NCBI RefSeq assembly: GCF_030013595.1
Contig: NZ_CP122768.1
Source of the DNA: Escherichia coli
Lineage (GTDB): Bacteria; Pseudomonadota; Gammaproteobacteria; Enterobacterales; Enterobacteriaceae
DNA: 64,000 nt
Strand: one strand, 5' to 3'
Below the pieces are notes generated by a model. That model did no database searches. It was not told where the DNA came from and saw only the letters and a program-made list of their open reading frames with translations. The translations under genes and the position numbers were made by a program. Below are positions 21,967 to 32,195 of this stretch, one piece after another; positions within the stretch are counted from its first letter, which is position 1; every line of letters starts with the position of its first letter.

Positions 21967-22016
21967 CACATCTCTCCCGTGCGCTAAAGAAAAAGGCGGG
22001 AATATCCCGCCCTGTC

Positions 22017-23045
22017 TTATTTCACCTGAACCACCACAAACGCATCCGGATCCGGCAGCACCATCAACGGCGCAGACTGCGTCATTGTATATTCGCAACC
22101 AGGATCCCCCACTTCCTCCCAGTGTTTCGGATAACGAATCGCAGAGGTGATCCCTTCACTCAGCGCCTGATTATCCTGGATTGCGCCATAGCAACGGACG
22201 CCCTCCGCCTGAGTGTTTCCCAGAATCAGTGTACCTTCCGGCAGATAACGCTGTTCATCCCCGTTTTCGTCAACATACGTTGTCTTCGCCACCACGACAG
22301 CCAGATCGCCGTACCAGCCCTTAAAGGAAACCACGGAACCCAGGTCTTTCAGTGCGGTTTCCAGCTCAGATTTGGAGCCACGGCGGGTATCCAGTTTTTC
22401 ACGGAACAGTTTAAAACCGTTCAGCATACGCCAGACCGTGCCGTCCATAATCGCGATATTGATGGTACCGGAAGCAAAATCGCAGTACGCATCAAGATCA
22501 TGCGTCGGATCAAAGGTGTCAGCATTCTGCTTTGACCATTCGCGTCCGCCAGCCTGCGTAATGTTATTGGCGGCAGAACGCCCAAAATCCACTTCCACCG
22601 TCTCAAACTGCTCGCCGCTCATAGTGTATTTACCCTGCAGAACAGCACTGACTGCCTGCATTTCTTCCACCTGCACAATCGCCTGCTCTTCCTGTTTCAG
22701 GTTGTCCGTCAGAATACGCAGACGGCGGTAAGCCGGGTCATTAAGGCGGGCCGGATCTTCCCCCGGAAGACGTTCTACAGCCTGCTGATAATCAAAGCGG
22801 TGTTTTGGTTTTACATAACCGGGACGTAACACGCGGGTTTCACCACCACGGCTGCGCAGCACTTTGCCTGACACCACCGGAGACACATACGCCGCAACCG
22901 GTGTTTTGCCGGTAATTTTATCCAGCATGACTTCCTGAGTATGGAAAGTGATCGTGCGACGAAAGAACAGCTCAAGAAACAGCGCACGAAATTTCACTTT
23001 CTGCTCGGTGTACCCGAGTAACTGACGCGTGGTAAATAACCCCAT
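22017..23045 (-). CDS. major capsid protein (lambda gpE family)
   Basis: 342-aa ORF following the decoration gene; size and position as lambda E. Confidence 0.8.
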   Translation of the reverse strand: MGLFTTRQLLGYTEQKVKFRALFLELFFRRTITFHTQEVMLDKITGKTPVAAYVSPVVSGKVLRSRGGETRVLRPGYVKPKHRFDYQQAVERLPGEDPARLNDPAYRRLRILTDNLKQEEQAIVQVEEMQAVSAVLQGKYTMSGEQFETVEVDFGRSAANNITQAGGREWSKQNADTFDPTHDLDAYCDFASGTINIAIMDGTVWRMLNGFKLFREKLDTRRGSKSELETALKDLGSVVSFKGWYGDLAVVVAKTTYVDENGDEQRYLPEGTLILGNTQAEGVRCYGAIQDNQALSEGITSAIRYPKHWEEVGDPGCEYTMTQSAPLMVLPDPDAFVVVQVK

Positions 23046-23114
23046 AATTTATATTCCTTCAGAAACACAAACGGGCCGCATCGCGACCCGTTTTTTCAGT
23101 TAATCACTTCACCA

Positions 23115-23450
23115 TCAGGCGTGGCTGATGGCACTTCCCACAAATGCGTTGGCTTTTTTCACCGCATCCACCGAACCAGGCCAGACCAGCGACTCAGTGG
23201 CAAACGTACCGCTTTTGTAGTACGTCAGCATGGGCTCGGTCCCGGCAAGCGCCAGAGCCAGCACACCCACAGCCGTTCCGGCTTTCTGACCATCCCAGAC
23301 AACCAGTTTTCCGGTGGCGTCATCCACCATCAGTGGCGTCAGTGCAGGTGTGGCAGCACTGATACCACTGGTGGCTGTTGCGGTATGCGCCGGATCGCTT
23401 CCGGCAAAAATGCGCGCATCTGCACGCTTTTCCGTGGTGGTTTTAATCAT
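23115..23450 (-). CDS. head decoration protein (lambda gpD-like)
   Basis: 111-aa ORF between protease/scaffold and capsid genes. Confidence 0.7.
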   Translation of the reverse strand: MIKTTTEKRADARIFAGSDPAHTATATSGISAATPALTPLMVDDATGKLVVWDGQKAGTAVGVLALALAGTEPMLTYYKSGTFATESLVWPGSVDAVKKANAFVGSAISHA

Positions 23451-23488
23451 TTTTCAGCCTCCTGATTTATCTGAATTCCGGATATCGC

Positions 23489-25105
23489 TTACGGCATACT
23501 CATCAGCAGGTCTTCCTCACCGCGCCCGGCAGTTCCGCCACCGGAAACCGCACTGGCAGCATGCTGTGCCATAAAGCGATCAAAAAGTGTTTCCTGTGAC
23601 GGTTGCGATGCCGCCGGCGCGGCTGCCAGCAGCGTTTTCGCCTGCGCCACCGTCATTCCCGGTTGTTCTGTCAGTGCCTGTGCAAGTTGCTCGCGCCCTT
23701 TTGCCTCCGGCAGCGCCATAATCTGATCGCCGACACTTGCAGAACCAGCAACCGGTGCCGCCGCCAGTAACGTTTTGGCCTGGTCAACGGTCATTCCCGG
23801 CTGTTCAGCCAGCGCCTGCGCGAGTTGTTCACGCCCTTTTGCTTCCGGTAACGCCATAATCTGATCGCCTGTGCCTGCAGCACCAGCAGCAGGGGCTGCC
23901 GCCAGAAACGCTTTCGCCTGCTCCACCGTCATCCCCGGCTGACCTGCCAGCATCTGTGCCAGTTGCTCACGCCCCTTTGCTTCCGGCAGCCCCATAATCT
24001 GATCGCCCGTGCTGTCAGTACCGGCAACCGGCGCAGCTGCAAGCAACGTTTTCGCCTGCTCAACCGTCATTCCTGGCTGACCTGCCAGCATTTGCGCCAG
24101 TTGCTCGCGCCCTTTCGCCTCCTGACAATTCAGGATCCCCATCACGCGCTGATTTTCCTGGGCCACCGCTTCAGCAACGGTGAGATTTTTAACAGTCATT
24201 GCATTCTCCTTCGTAACAGAGTCATTCAGTACAGAAACCATCACTTCAACGGCATCTGCAGCATTAATCAGTTGATCAGCCAGGCCTGCATCAATGCCTG
24301 CCTGACCGTCATAAACGGCAGCCTCGGTATTCATCACCGCCTCTGAACTCAGCCCCGTATAAAGCGCCACCTTGTCGACAAACATCCGGCGGGCCTCATC
24401 AATACGGCGCTGAAAATCTGCACGCACACCTGCCGGCAATGCCTGAATACTGTTGCCGTCAACCTTATGCTGCCCGGAGTAAATCAGCGTGATGTCCACC
24501 CCTTCCTGTGCCAGTTGTTTCTCGTAACTGGTGTGCGCCATCATCACGCCAATCGAACCAATTTTTGCCGTCTGCGTGACCAGCCGACGGGTACAGGCTG
24601 CCGCCAGCAACATGGCGGCTGAACAGGCCATGTCATTACACAGCGCCCACACGGGCTTCTGTTCCCGCAGACGGTAAATCATGTCAGCACAGTCAAACGC
24701 CCCGGCAGCCTGACCGCCCGGGCTGTCGATATCCAGCAAAATGCCGCGCACATCCGGATCATTCACCGCCATCTGAAGGCGGGCCGTCAGGCCGTCATAG
24801 CCAGTCATGCCGGAGTAAGGCCGCAGGGTACCCAGTTTATGCACCAGCGTGCCGCTCACCGGAAGAATGGCGATGCCATTCTTCACCTGGTAACTCTTTG
24901 CCGGACGCTGACCGCCCGCCATATAGTCAGTCACAGCCAGTTGCATACCATCAGCATCAAGCTGAACAGCCTGCTGAGGAACGGCAAGGCTGCCGGCACC
25001 CATCTCTTTACCCAGCGCGCAAAAGAAAACCCGCGCATAGGCGGGTTCCAGTAAAAGCGGCTCATTAAATGCCATGGCGGCAATATGCGATAAATTACGA
25101 CGCAT
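23489..25105 (-). CDS. prohead protease fused to scaffold (lambda C/Nu3-like, S49 peptidase) with C-terminal ~46-aa repeats
   Basis: N-terminus MRRNLSHIAAMAFNEPLLLEPAYARVFF resembles lambda C; C-terminal repeats PEAKGREQLAQ.LA.QPGMTV.QAK.LLAAAP occur about 3.5 times. Confidence 0.85.
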   Translation of the reverse strand: MRRNLSHIAAMAFNEPLLLEPAYARVFFCALGKEMGAGSLAVPQQAVQLDADGMQLAVTDYMAGGQRPAKSYQVKNGIAILPVSGTLVHKLGTLRPYSGMTGYDGLTARLQMAVNDPDVRGILLDIDSPGGQAAGAFDCADMIYRLREQKPVWALCNDMACSAAMLLAAACTRRLVTQTAKIGSIGVMMAHTSYEKQLAQEGVDITLIYSGQHKVDGNSIQALPAGVRADFQRRIDEARRMFVDKVALYTGLSSEAVMNTEAAVYDGQAGIDAGLADQLINAADAVEVMVSVLNDSVTKENAMTVKNLTVAEAVAQENQRVMGILNCQEAKGREQLAQMLAGQPGMTVEQAKTLLAAAPVAGTDSTGDQIMGLPEAKGREQLAQMLAGQPGMTVEQAKAFLAAAPAAGAAGTGDQIMALPEAKGREQLAQALAEQPGMTVDQAKTLLAAAPVAGSASVGDQIMALPEAKGREQLAQALTEQPGMTVAQAKTLLAAAPAASQPSQETLFDRFMAQHAASAVSGGGTAGRGEEDLLMSMP

Positions 25106-26666
25106 CGACTTTTTCTCCCGTTGTCTGTCGGATCTGCTGCTGAAACGTGTCCTTTATCCAGATGGGGCGGGGAAGACCCGCTGCCTGTCGCTCCTGGCTT
25201 TCACGCAGTTGCTGGCGGAAAATCTCCTGATAGTCATCGCCCATCAGGGCCAGCTCTTTCTCATACGTGCTTAAACCACCTTCAATACGCATCACCGCTT
25301 CCTGCACTTCCTTAAGGCCATCAATCGCCATGCGACCGGCACCAATCCACTCGGCACGACACCATCCGGAACGGGCCTCCCAGAATGAAAAACGGGATTT
25401 CGGCGGGCGGATCACACCGCGAATAAGTGCTTCCTCCAGCCAGCAGGCAAACATCTGTGATGCCAGTCGACTGGCCACAAATTTTCGTTTGCCCATAAAA
25501 TACCGCCACGACTCATTGGCGGATGCCCTGGCACTGGAATAACTGACCTGTGAATAATCACGGGAAAGCTGTTCATAGGACACCCCCAGTCCGGCAGCGA
25601 TGTAACGTAACAGCGCCTTTTCCAGTTCAGAGAAACCATTATCTGCATTCTGCGCTGTCTGCAGATTCAGTGAATCCCCCGGATAAAGATGCGGAATACG
25701 GACCCCGCCCAGCTTTACCGTATTGGTGGCGTAATAACGCGCGTAGCCTTTCATGATGGTGTTCAGGGGATTTTTACCGCCATCTCCCACCCCGGCGATA
25801 TATTCAAATGCTTTTTCCGAATCCAGCGTGGATTCAATCGTCGCGGCATACATCGCCCGCACCACCGCCGACTGCAGTTGCGTGGCCTGCAGTGTGTCGA
25901 GCATCTTGAGGCGCTCCATGACAGAATAAAACTGGTTGGCCCCGCGCGTCTGTCCGTCCTCCTGCGGCTGAAACACATGGATCATTCCCGGTCGCCCGGA
26001 GGGCAGCGTCGCCGCAATCCGCGTCCAGTTGCTGACACCGTAACCGGGCCAGTCATCTTCCTGAACATGGTAGGCCAGTGCTTTTCCGTACCGGTTGATT
26101 TCCACCCCGGCACGCATAAAACGATCGCCGGTACCATAACCGGGTGTACTGACACGTTTCGGGCTGATGGTTTTGAATTTCGTCCGGAATAATGACGTGG
26201 ATTCCGTATCCCATACGGGCTGGACAAAAATTTCACCGTTAAATGTATGAACGCCCACCCCTTCACGAATAAATTCGGTAAACGAGCGACGCCCCTCCAC
26301 ATCCATCGAACCAAACACCGGATCGCAGAATTCCATCCACGCCGCCTCCACATCTTCAATAAAGGCATGTGAATCGGCTTCCGACATCCCCAGCCAGCGC
26401 CAGTTGGGCCGGTAACTCAGACGAAACATGTGTCCGACGATATGGTCTTTATGAATTTCAACGGCGTTTGCGGCAATACCGTTATTGCGGACCAGATCAT
26501 CCGCACGGGCGTTACCCAGCTGAATGGAAGGTAAGAGCGCCACGTCGGCACTTTCCGGTGCAGGCAGCCATTCCGCAAGCTGCCCGCCAAATCCGGTACC
26601 CCCTCCGGAATACCCCATACTCTGCCGCAGTGGCTGCCCGTGAAGATCCACCAGTTCCCCGTTCAC
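25095..26666 (-). CDS. portal protein (lambda gpB-like)
   Basis: 523-aa ORF between W and C homologues. Confidence 0.85.
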   Translation of the reverse strand: MNGELVDLHGQPLRQSMGYSGGGTGFGGQLAEWLPAPESADVALLPSIQLGNARADDLVRNNGIAANAVEIHKDHIVGHMFRLSYRPNWRWLGMSEADSHAFIEDVEAAWMEFCDPVFGSMDVEGRRSFTEFIREGVGVHTFNGEIFVQPVWDTESTSLFRTKFKTISPKRVSTPGYGTGDRFMRAGVEINRYGKALAYHVQEDDWPGYGVSNWTRIAATLPSGRPGMIHVFQPQEDGQTRGANQFYSVMERLKMLDTLQATQLQSAVVRAMYAATIESTLDSEKAFEYIAGVGDGGKNPLNTIMKGYARYYATNTVKLGGVRIPHLYPGDSLNLQTAQNADNGFSELEKALLRYIAAGLGVSYEQLSRDYSQVSYSSARASANESWRYFMGKRKFVASRLASQMFACWLEEALIRGVIRPPKSRFSFWEARSGWCRAEWIGAGRMAIDGLKEVQEAVMRIEGGLSTYEKELALMGDDYQEIFRQQLRESQERQAAGLPRPIWIKDTFQQQIRQTTGEKVDAS

Positions 26667-26872
26667 AGCCCCACTCCTGCCGGGCCGCGACGCCGTCCGG
26701 ATACGCCCAGCGCACTTTCCAGCTCTTCAATATACTGACGCAGTTCACCAATCGTCGCCCGCGAATACTGAACCTGACGCCCGTCCTTGCTGACGGAAAC
26801 CACAGCACGTCCGATCATCAGTTCATGTAATGCCCGGCGGGCATCACAAAGCATTTCATGCGTATAAACCAT
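26663..26872 (-). CDS. head-tail joining protein W (lambda gpW-like)
   Basis: 69-aa ORF; …RRRGPAG C-terminus like lambda W. Confidence 0.8.
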   Translation of the reverse strand: MVYTHEMLCDARRALHELMIGRAVVSVSKDGRQVQYSRATIGELRQYIEELESALGVSGRRRGPAGVGL

Positions 26873-26875
26873 TCT

Positions 26876-28792
26876 TTATCCTCCACTCAGTGCAGCCGCG
26901 ATTTCTTCCAGACTCATCTCATCGTCGTCCTGCTCATCTCTTCTGGCACGGGCCAGTGCTTCAAGATCCAGCTGCCACCGCTGAACTGAAATACGCAGGG
27001 CAGCATAGGCATATACCAGGCAGTCGAGGGCTTCGTTGCGTCGCCCTTTTTTATCCCACAGCAGTTTCACCCTGCCATTAACCACCTTCTCCACCAGCTC
27101 TTCCGCCACGATCTGACGCGCCTCTTCTTCCGAAAAAATGTCGGGGTTATCAGGAAAACGGAAGGTGTACGGGGCGGCTTCACTGGCAGAGACCACTGGC
27201 AGGGCAAAACGGGCGTACAGCATTTCCTTGACGGTATCGGAGCCCACCTCACACAAAAACACACCACGCTGGTTGCGCTTTTTGGGCATGGTGATCACCG
27301 GCTTGCCGTACACCGATGCCCCTTTTATGGGAAGCACAAAAAAAGTGCCGTGTTTCCTTGAACGCTGATACACAATGTCCTGGTCGATACCACCGGTATC
27401 CCAGCAGACACGGGAAATGGAAATTTCAGTACCGTCAGCATGACGATATTTTTTCCGGATCACCGTATCAACACGTTTAAGGGTGTCCTCGTCTTCCGGT
27501 CGCCCCATGATAATTTGCTTATCAATCAGAAAGGCTTCTTCGCCGGGAGCCCAGCCCCAGACATAAATTTCATAGCGATCTTTCTGGGAGTCGATCCCGG
27601 CGGTCAGGTAAACCACCCGCAGGGGAACCTGCGCACCATAGTGGCAGACCTTTTCCAGTAACAACTCAAAACTCAGCTTTTCTGCCACAGCCTCTTCATA
27701 GGGCTCCCCGAGCGTGGTGTTAATAAACGTCTTGACGCCGTTCGGATCCTTCAGCGCATCCAGCCAGTCATAAACAATCTGTACCCAGGTGGTGAACGGA
27801 CTATACGCCGTCCAGATGTGGAAAGTGACGGAGCGCGGCGGTGGCATCTCCTCATCGCCGGCGCTGTAAAATGCCAGGCCGTCGCGCGTCCACATCCCGG
27901 TATTGTCACAAATCCAGCGCCCGTCGGTCTGGTCAAGTTCCGACTGCCGGATCACACAGCCATTATGTTCACACAGGTAATACACCGTTTCCGGTTTACC
28001 CTTCTCCCATTTCAGGCCAAATGGCGTCGCATCATCGCCAAACTTCAGATACTGGGCCTCCCCGCAATGAGGGCAAGGGACATAAAACCGCATGAAATGC
28101 GCTGATTCATTTGCGGCTTTCTCAATCTGGCAGGAGCCTTTAATTTTTGGCGTTGAGCCACGTATGGATTTAGGCCATACCGAGCCTTCGATACGCTTAT
28201 CGCCAAGCAGCGTCGGCGAACCTTCTTTTTCCACATCCGGTTCAAACGAGGAGAGTTCGTCATAGCAGACCACATCCACAGATTTTTCACGGTAGTTTTT
28301 AGCAGCGGCGCCGCCAAGGCACCAGAAACCCACACCGGAGGAAAAACGCTTCAGGGTGAGTGTATTATCGCGGTGCTTTCTTCCGAACCATGGAGCCAGC
28401 TCCAGCAATGCAGGAACATCCCTGATCGTTGGCTCAACATGAGATTTCATGAAATCTTCTGCAGCAGAATCTGTTGGCTGAAAAAGCAGACTGTTACGGG
28501 ATTTATGCTCAATAAAATAAGCCTCCACCCCCAACAGCATTTTGGTGTAACCAACGCGCGCCGATTTAATCAGATTAACGGTGCGGATCCGGTCATTTCC
28601 CATGCTGTTCATAATGGCAACCTGAAACGGCAGGGTTTCCCATTGTCCGGGAGTGTATGAAGATTCTTTCGGCAGATAATAATGTTGATCAGCCCACTGA
28701 ACCGTCGTCAGTGGAACCGGAATATTGAGAGATAAAAGCCCTGTAGCTATCGCACCGGCTGCATTAGCTGCCTTCTGTGCGTCTGAAATCAT
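26876..28792 (-). CDS. terminase large subunit (lambda gpA-like)
   Basis: Track ORF 26876-28834; strong resemblance to lambda A (YYLPKES, KSARVGY.KMLLGV.AYFIEHK, Walker-like motifs); start placed at MISDAQ. Confidence 0.9.
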   Translation of the reverse strand: MISDAQKAANAAGAIATGLLSLNIPVPLTTVQWADQHYYLPKESSYTPGQWETLPFQVAIMNSMGNDRIRTVNLIKSARVGYTKMLLGVEAYFIEHKSRNSLLFQPTDSAAEDFMKSHVEPTIRDVPALLELAPWFGRKHRDNTLTLKRFSSGVGFWCLGGAAAKNYREKSVDVVCYDELSSFEPDVEKEGSPTLLGDKRIEGSVWPKSIRGSTPKIKGSCQIEKAANESAHFMRFYVPCPHCGEAQYLKFGDDATPFGLKWEKGKPETVYYLCEHNGCVIRQSELDQTDGRWICDNTGMWTRDGLAFYSAGDEEMPPPRSVTFHIWTAYSPFTTWVQIVYDWLDALKDPNGVKTFINTTLGEPYEEAVAEKLSFELLLEKVCHYGAQVPLRVVYLTAGIDSQKDRYEIYVWGWAPGEEAFLIDKQIIMGRPEDEDTLKRVDTVIRKKYRHADGTEISISRVCWDTGGIDQDIVYQRSRKHGTFFVLPIKGASVYGKPVITMPKKRNQRGVFLCEVGSDTVKEMLYARFALPVVSASEAAPYTFRFPDNPDIFSEEEARQIVAEELVEKVVNGRVKLLWDKKGRRNEALDCLVYAYAALRISVQRWQLDLEALARARRDEQDDDEMSLEEIAAALSGG

Positions 28793-29312
28793 CAATCCAC
28801 CTGCCCACGTTTTCACCGGCTTTAGCTGCAACATTGGAGGCTTTCGCGATTTCAGTTTTCACCACATCAAGGTGTGACGGTGAAATATCCGGATATTTAC
28901 GCTGTAATGTCAGCGGCACACGTACAAGTATCCCCGAAATCTCCTGTGCCACACGTTGCAGAATGAAGGTAAACAATTCTGTTTCCAGCACCAGCCCTTC
29001 TTCACGGGCATTTTTCAGCTCCTGTGCGTCAGCCTGTGCTTTGGTTAACCGGTAGCGTTCATAGTCAATGGTGCCGGGTTGTAAATCTGATTCTGCAGTC
29101 GCACGCAAATCTTCCAGTTCTTTGCGGAGCTTTTCGTTTTCGATATCTTTTTCCCGCTGCGCATACCACTCAATGGCTTCTGCAGTATTGAACATGGCTT
29201 CGATACCTTTGCCTCCCCCCGACAAAACTCTCAGCCCCTGACTTTGCCAGCCAGTGATTGTTCTGACATCGCACTCAAAAATTTCCGCCAGTTTCTTTTT
29301 GTTAACCTTCAC
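28764..29312 (-). CDS. terminase small subunit (lambda Nu1-like)
   Basis: 182-aa ORF; N-terminus [12 protein letters not shown]…GGGKG resembles lambda Nu1 HTH and ATP-reactive region. Confidence 0.85.
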   Translation of the reverse strand: MKVNKKKLAEIFECDVRTITGWQSQGLRVLSGGGKGIEAMFNTAEAIEWYAQREKDIENEKLRKELEDLRATAESDLQPGTIDYERYRLTKAQADAQELKNAREEGLVLETELFTFILQRVAQEISGILVRVPLTLQRKYPDISPSHLDVVKTEIAKASNVAAKAGENVGRWIDDFRRTEGS

Positions 29313-29612
29313 GGCACATATTCCTCACAAAAAGAAGAAAGGATCTCAAAACGCTTTTTTCAGCGAAAAATCACCGCTGCCAGATCCTTTCTTTTTTTAA
29401 GAAAACTCTATTAAACAACAGGTTAGCCAGAAGAAGAACGGATCTGCTTTTTCCCTGAAAATTTTCATAAATAGCGCGTTTTTGCGCGTCCCCAGACCCT
29501 CGGTGTTTCAGGTTCCAGAAAGGACCCGTTGAAATGGGAGTAATTATCATTTACACGCTCTAACACCTGCATTATCGCAACCCCTCACACAGAAGGGCTG
29601 CTGTAATGCCTG

Positions 29613-30011
29613 TTACTCACGAATCAGGCGAGCACTCTTACCATTCATTTCAATACGCGAATACTGCGGTTTACCATCAATGATGTCTGTCATCACGAAC
29701 ATCTCACCCGGCTGCAGTTCAACTACTGCGCCTTCCGGCAATTTCATGCAGGCAAATACCGGACAACCAGGATGACGATCATCTTCTGTTGCTTCCAGCA
29801 TTGACTCACCAAACCACTCCGTCGTGGCGCGACCATCAGCTGCTTTGTAGTGGATCAAGTACTGGTTTTCGCCATCCGCATACTGCGCGCGGGCTTTAAC
29901 CTCACCCCATTCATCACTGATGCGCATCTCCACCAGTTGAGACAACTCAAACTTAAACGGAGCAGCATCAGCACCAATTACAATCGGTTTGCTTTCTGTT
30001 TTTTCCATCAT
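29613..30011 (-). CDS. hypothetical protein (moron between cos region and lysis genes)
   Basis: 132-aa ORF with no family assignable by eye. Confidence 0.4.
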   Translation of the reverse strand: MMEKTESKPIVIGADAAPFKFELSQLVEMRISDEWGEVKARAQYADGENQYLIHYKAADGRATTEWFGESMLEATEDDRHPGCPVFACMKLPEGAVVELQPGEMFVMTDIIDGKPQYSRIEMNGKSARLIRE

Positions 30012-30180
30012 CGTCTCCTGATATCAAAGCCCGTCGCCGCACCGGGCACTGATCAACATTTGAGTATTCGCGGCGACAGAAAGAATTTATTTTATTGAGT
30101 AGCCACAAACACAGAATTTCATGCTTTCCGGACGCTGGCGCACTCTTCATTTTTCAGCAAAATATTCTGCTCTTACAGGC

Positions 30181-30360
30181 GATCAGTTCTGCAGACACTG
30201 CCGAACACCGTCGACAATTTCACAGACCAGAGAAGCGGTATCGAAAAGCTGGCGCGCTTTATCCAGGCTGACGCATCCCACCAATAAAAAAGGCACCAGT
30301 ATCGCTACCCATTTCGCCGCCGTTCGCGGCATTCTGTGTGTCCAGTGTTTTCGCGTCATA
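30181..30360 (-). CDS. putative small lipoprotein (59 aa; lipobox LVGC), not on the ORF track
   Basis: Hand translation of the minus strand: MTRKHWTHRMPRTAAKWVAILVPFLLVGCVSLDK…; ATG overlaps the stop of an upstream 37-codon ORF. Confidence 0.3.
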
Positions 30361-30605
30361 TCACCACCAACGCACAGCCCAAATCAGAACAGCGACCGCC
30401 ACAAGGCGAATTGCAAAGGCCGCAGCCCTTGTCAAATCAAGGCTCGCGGGAGTTTCCACTTCAATACCTTTCATAATGGACAACCTCAAAAAGAATCTTT
30501 TATACTTTCCCACGAGGATTTTCTCCGTACTCACTACTCACAATTTCCTCTCTGACGTGAAAACTCAAAACCCCGGACTGTTCCAGCAGCCGGGGTTTTG
30601 TTTTT

Positions 30606-30956
30606 TTATTTACTGCCCTGGGTGCGGCATCTGGCTATTTCACCCCTGGCTTTACTGTCACCGCGACAGATACAACGCACCGTGTCTCCGGTCAACGTGG
30701 TAATGTAAGCCTCATCCTCTTTTTCTACCGGAATACATGGAATATCCCCGCCCCGGCAATACTCAATTTTTGCTGCAAGATGAGTGTCACGCGGATAGAA
30801 CTCCAGACGATACATATCTCCCAGGACATGCACTTCCTCAACCTGGCGACCATCCTCAGTTACGGTAATTTTTTTCAGTGCGTACATACGTACCTCCGTT
30901 CTTTCGTTTTTTGAGCAATAAAAAAGCCGCTCATGGCGGCCCTGTATGTTTTGCAA
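30606..30956 (-). CDS. hypothetical Cys-rich protein downstream of the endolysin
   Basis: Track ORF 116 aa (true start may be the internal MYALKK); no TM segment, so not a canonical spanin. Confidence 0.4.
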   Translation of the reverse strand: MQNIQGRHERLFYCSKNERTEVRMYALKKITVTEDGRQVEEVHVLGDMYRLEFYPRDTHLAAKIEYCRGGDIPCIPVEKEDEAYITTLTGDTVRCICRGDSKARGEIARCRTQGSK

Positions 30957-30957
30957 G

Positions 30958-31341
30958 CTATCGCTTCAATTGAAAATGAGGCCCGTCTTTCAGTGTTTTC
31001 CAGTCCCCGCCCCATTCGATGGCAGTTCCCAGCTCTGCGGCAGCCTGCTTAAATGCCTGCGCGATTTTCTCGTACAGAGGCCAGTCCCATGACACCTGGC
31101 TGCCAACCCAGGCCACAACATCCACCGCATCACCGGTCAGGTGGCGGCTGTTCATGGTCTGGCTCTTACCTTCTGCAACCAGCTGTTTCTGGCGTTCTTT
31201 CGTGCGCAGGCCCTCCGTAATACCGAAATCAACCTCCGACAGTTCAAGGGCGCGGCGAACTACAGCAACCAGCTGTGGTTTGACGCCTTCCAGATTTTTC
31301 TCGCTCCGGCGGCTGAATCTGAATTTACCCGACATATTCAC
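30958..31341 (-). CDS. endolysin, peptidase M15 family (L-alanyl-D-glutamate peptidase type)
   Basis: 127-aa ORF with H…D…H zinc-peptidase-like spacing (SRHLTGDAVDV…) as in T5-type endolysins. Confidence 0.7.
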   Translation of the reverse strand: MNMSGKFRFSRRSEKNLEGVKPQLVAVVRRALELSEVDFGITEGLRTKERQKQLVAEGKSQTMNSRHLTGDAVDVVAWVGSQVSWDWPLYEKIAQAFKQAAAELGTAIEWGGDWKTLKDGPHFQLKR

Positions 31342-31574
31342 CTCAACAATGGAAAGATTCTTGTGACGTTCCCGCGTGCGCGTATCACCAGCACGCAGAA
31401 CAGCAGATTAAAAAACACATCCAGCCAGCCCGTTGCTAACGGGCGACCACACAGATAGCTGAGAGGCGAAAAGGCATACAGCAGCGTCAGCAGCCAGGCC
31501 AGCCATGACATCAGCGGTTTATGCCTGGAATCGCGACGACGATAAAAAAGAGCGTCAGCACGATAACCGTGCAT
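31338..31574 (-). CDS. small membrane protein in the lysis cassette (holin/antiholin-like)
   Basis: 78-aa hydrophobic ORF overlapping the endolysin start. Confidence 0.45.
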   Translation of the reverse strand: MHGYRADALFYRRRDSRHKPLMSWLAWLLTLLYAFSPLSYLCGRPLATGWLDVFFNLLFCVLVIRARGNVTRIFPLLR

Positions 31575-31601
31575 AACGCCACATTCAGTAATCCGGGAAG
31601 G

Positions 31602-31994
31602 TTACTTAACATTACCGCCTCCTCCGCCTCGCAGGCGGGAGAACCGTCCTGACACCAGCGATGCGATATCCTGCTGGTGGATGAACGACAGAATCTTCAC
31701 CGACACCACAGACACCAGCACTGCACACAGCGCGTCGACAGATTTACTGTGAAGCCCCAGTTTTTCGACCAGATAAGACGCCATCACATCCGCCCCCAGT
31801 ACGCCGATAATAAACGACACCAGAAAATGCGCCGCCACCCGCCAGACAGAAAGCGCCTGCGGCATCGTTGCCACAAACAACGCCCCCGCGAACGCACCAA
31901 ACACAATCCCGAAATCCGTTCCGGTGAACAGCCCGAATACCGTCGCCCCTCCGAGCGCAGCCGCCGTGCCGGAACCGGATAAGGGTTCAGACAT
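31602..31994 (-). CDS. putative holin
   Basis: Track ORF 31602-32027 trimmed to MSEPLSG; multiple Gly/Ala-rich TM segments, first gene of the late lysis block. Confidence 0.55.
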   Translation of the reverse strand: MSEPLSGSGTAAALGGATVFGLFTGTDFGIVFGAFAGALFVATMPQALSVWRVAAHFLVSFIIGVLGADVMASYLVEKLGLHSKSVDALCAVLVSVVSVKILSFIHQQDIASLVSGRFSRLRGGGGGNVK

Positions 31995-32015
31995 ACTTTT
32001 TTTCTCCTGTAAATA

Positions 32016-32045
32016 AAAAAGGGCCACCAGCGGCCCGTAAAAAAC
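32016..32045 (-). terminator. intrinsic terminator-like hairpin (gggccgctggtggccc + T-run on the minus strand)
   Basis: Perfect GC stem followed by ttttttattt on the minus strand just upstream of the holin; candidate tR'-like site. Confidence 0.5.
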
Positions 32046-32159
32046 AACACCCCGTCAAAGGCACCCGCAGATACCTTTTGTGTGGTGTATTCAGATTTGA
32101 CATACGCTGAGCAGGGCGAAGAAATGAAAAAGGCCCGCAGTAGCGAGCCATGAAGAAAC

Positions 32160-32195
32160 TGAATAAAAAAAAACCGCCTGGTACGGCGGTTAAGA
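32160..32195 (-). terminator. intrinsic terminator-like hairpin (ccgccgtaccaggcgg + T9 on the minus strand)
   Basis: Stem-loop followed by nine T residues on the minus strand, downstream of the tRNA cluster. Confidence 0.55.

Noticed and set aside
29330-29400. Long hairpin (gaaaggatct…agatcctttc) with flanking T-runs just upstream of the terminase small subunit, considered as cosN or a terminator
   Set aside because: I could not recognise a lambda-like cosN sequence or R-site pattern by eye; function cannot be decided from sequence alone, so it is not reported as a feature.
30121-30555. 144-aa plus-strand ORF between the cos region and the lysis genes
   Set aside because: Composition is Arg/Ser/His-rich and non-protein-like, opposite to the surrounding transcription direction; minus-strand small ORFs with a lipobox are more plausible.
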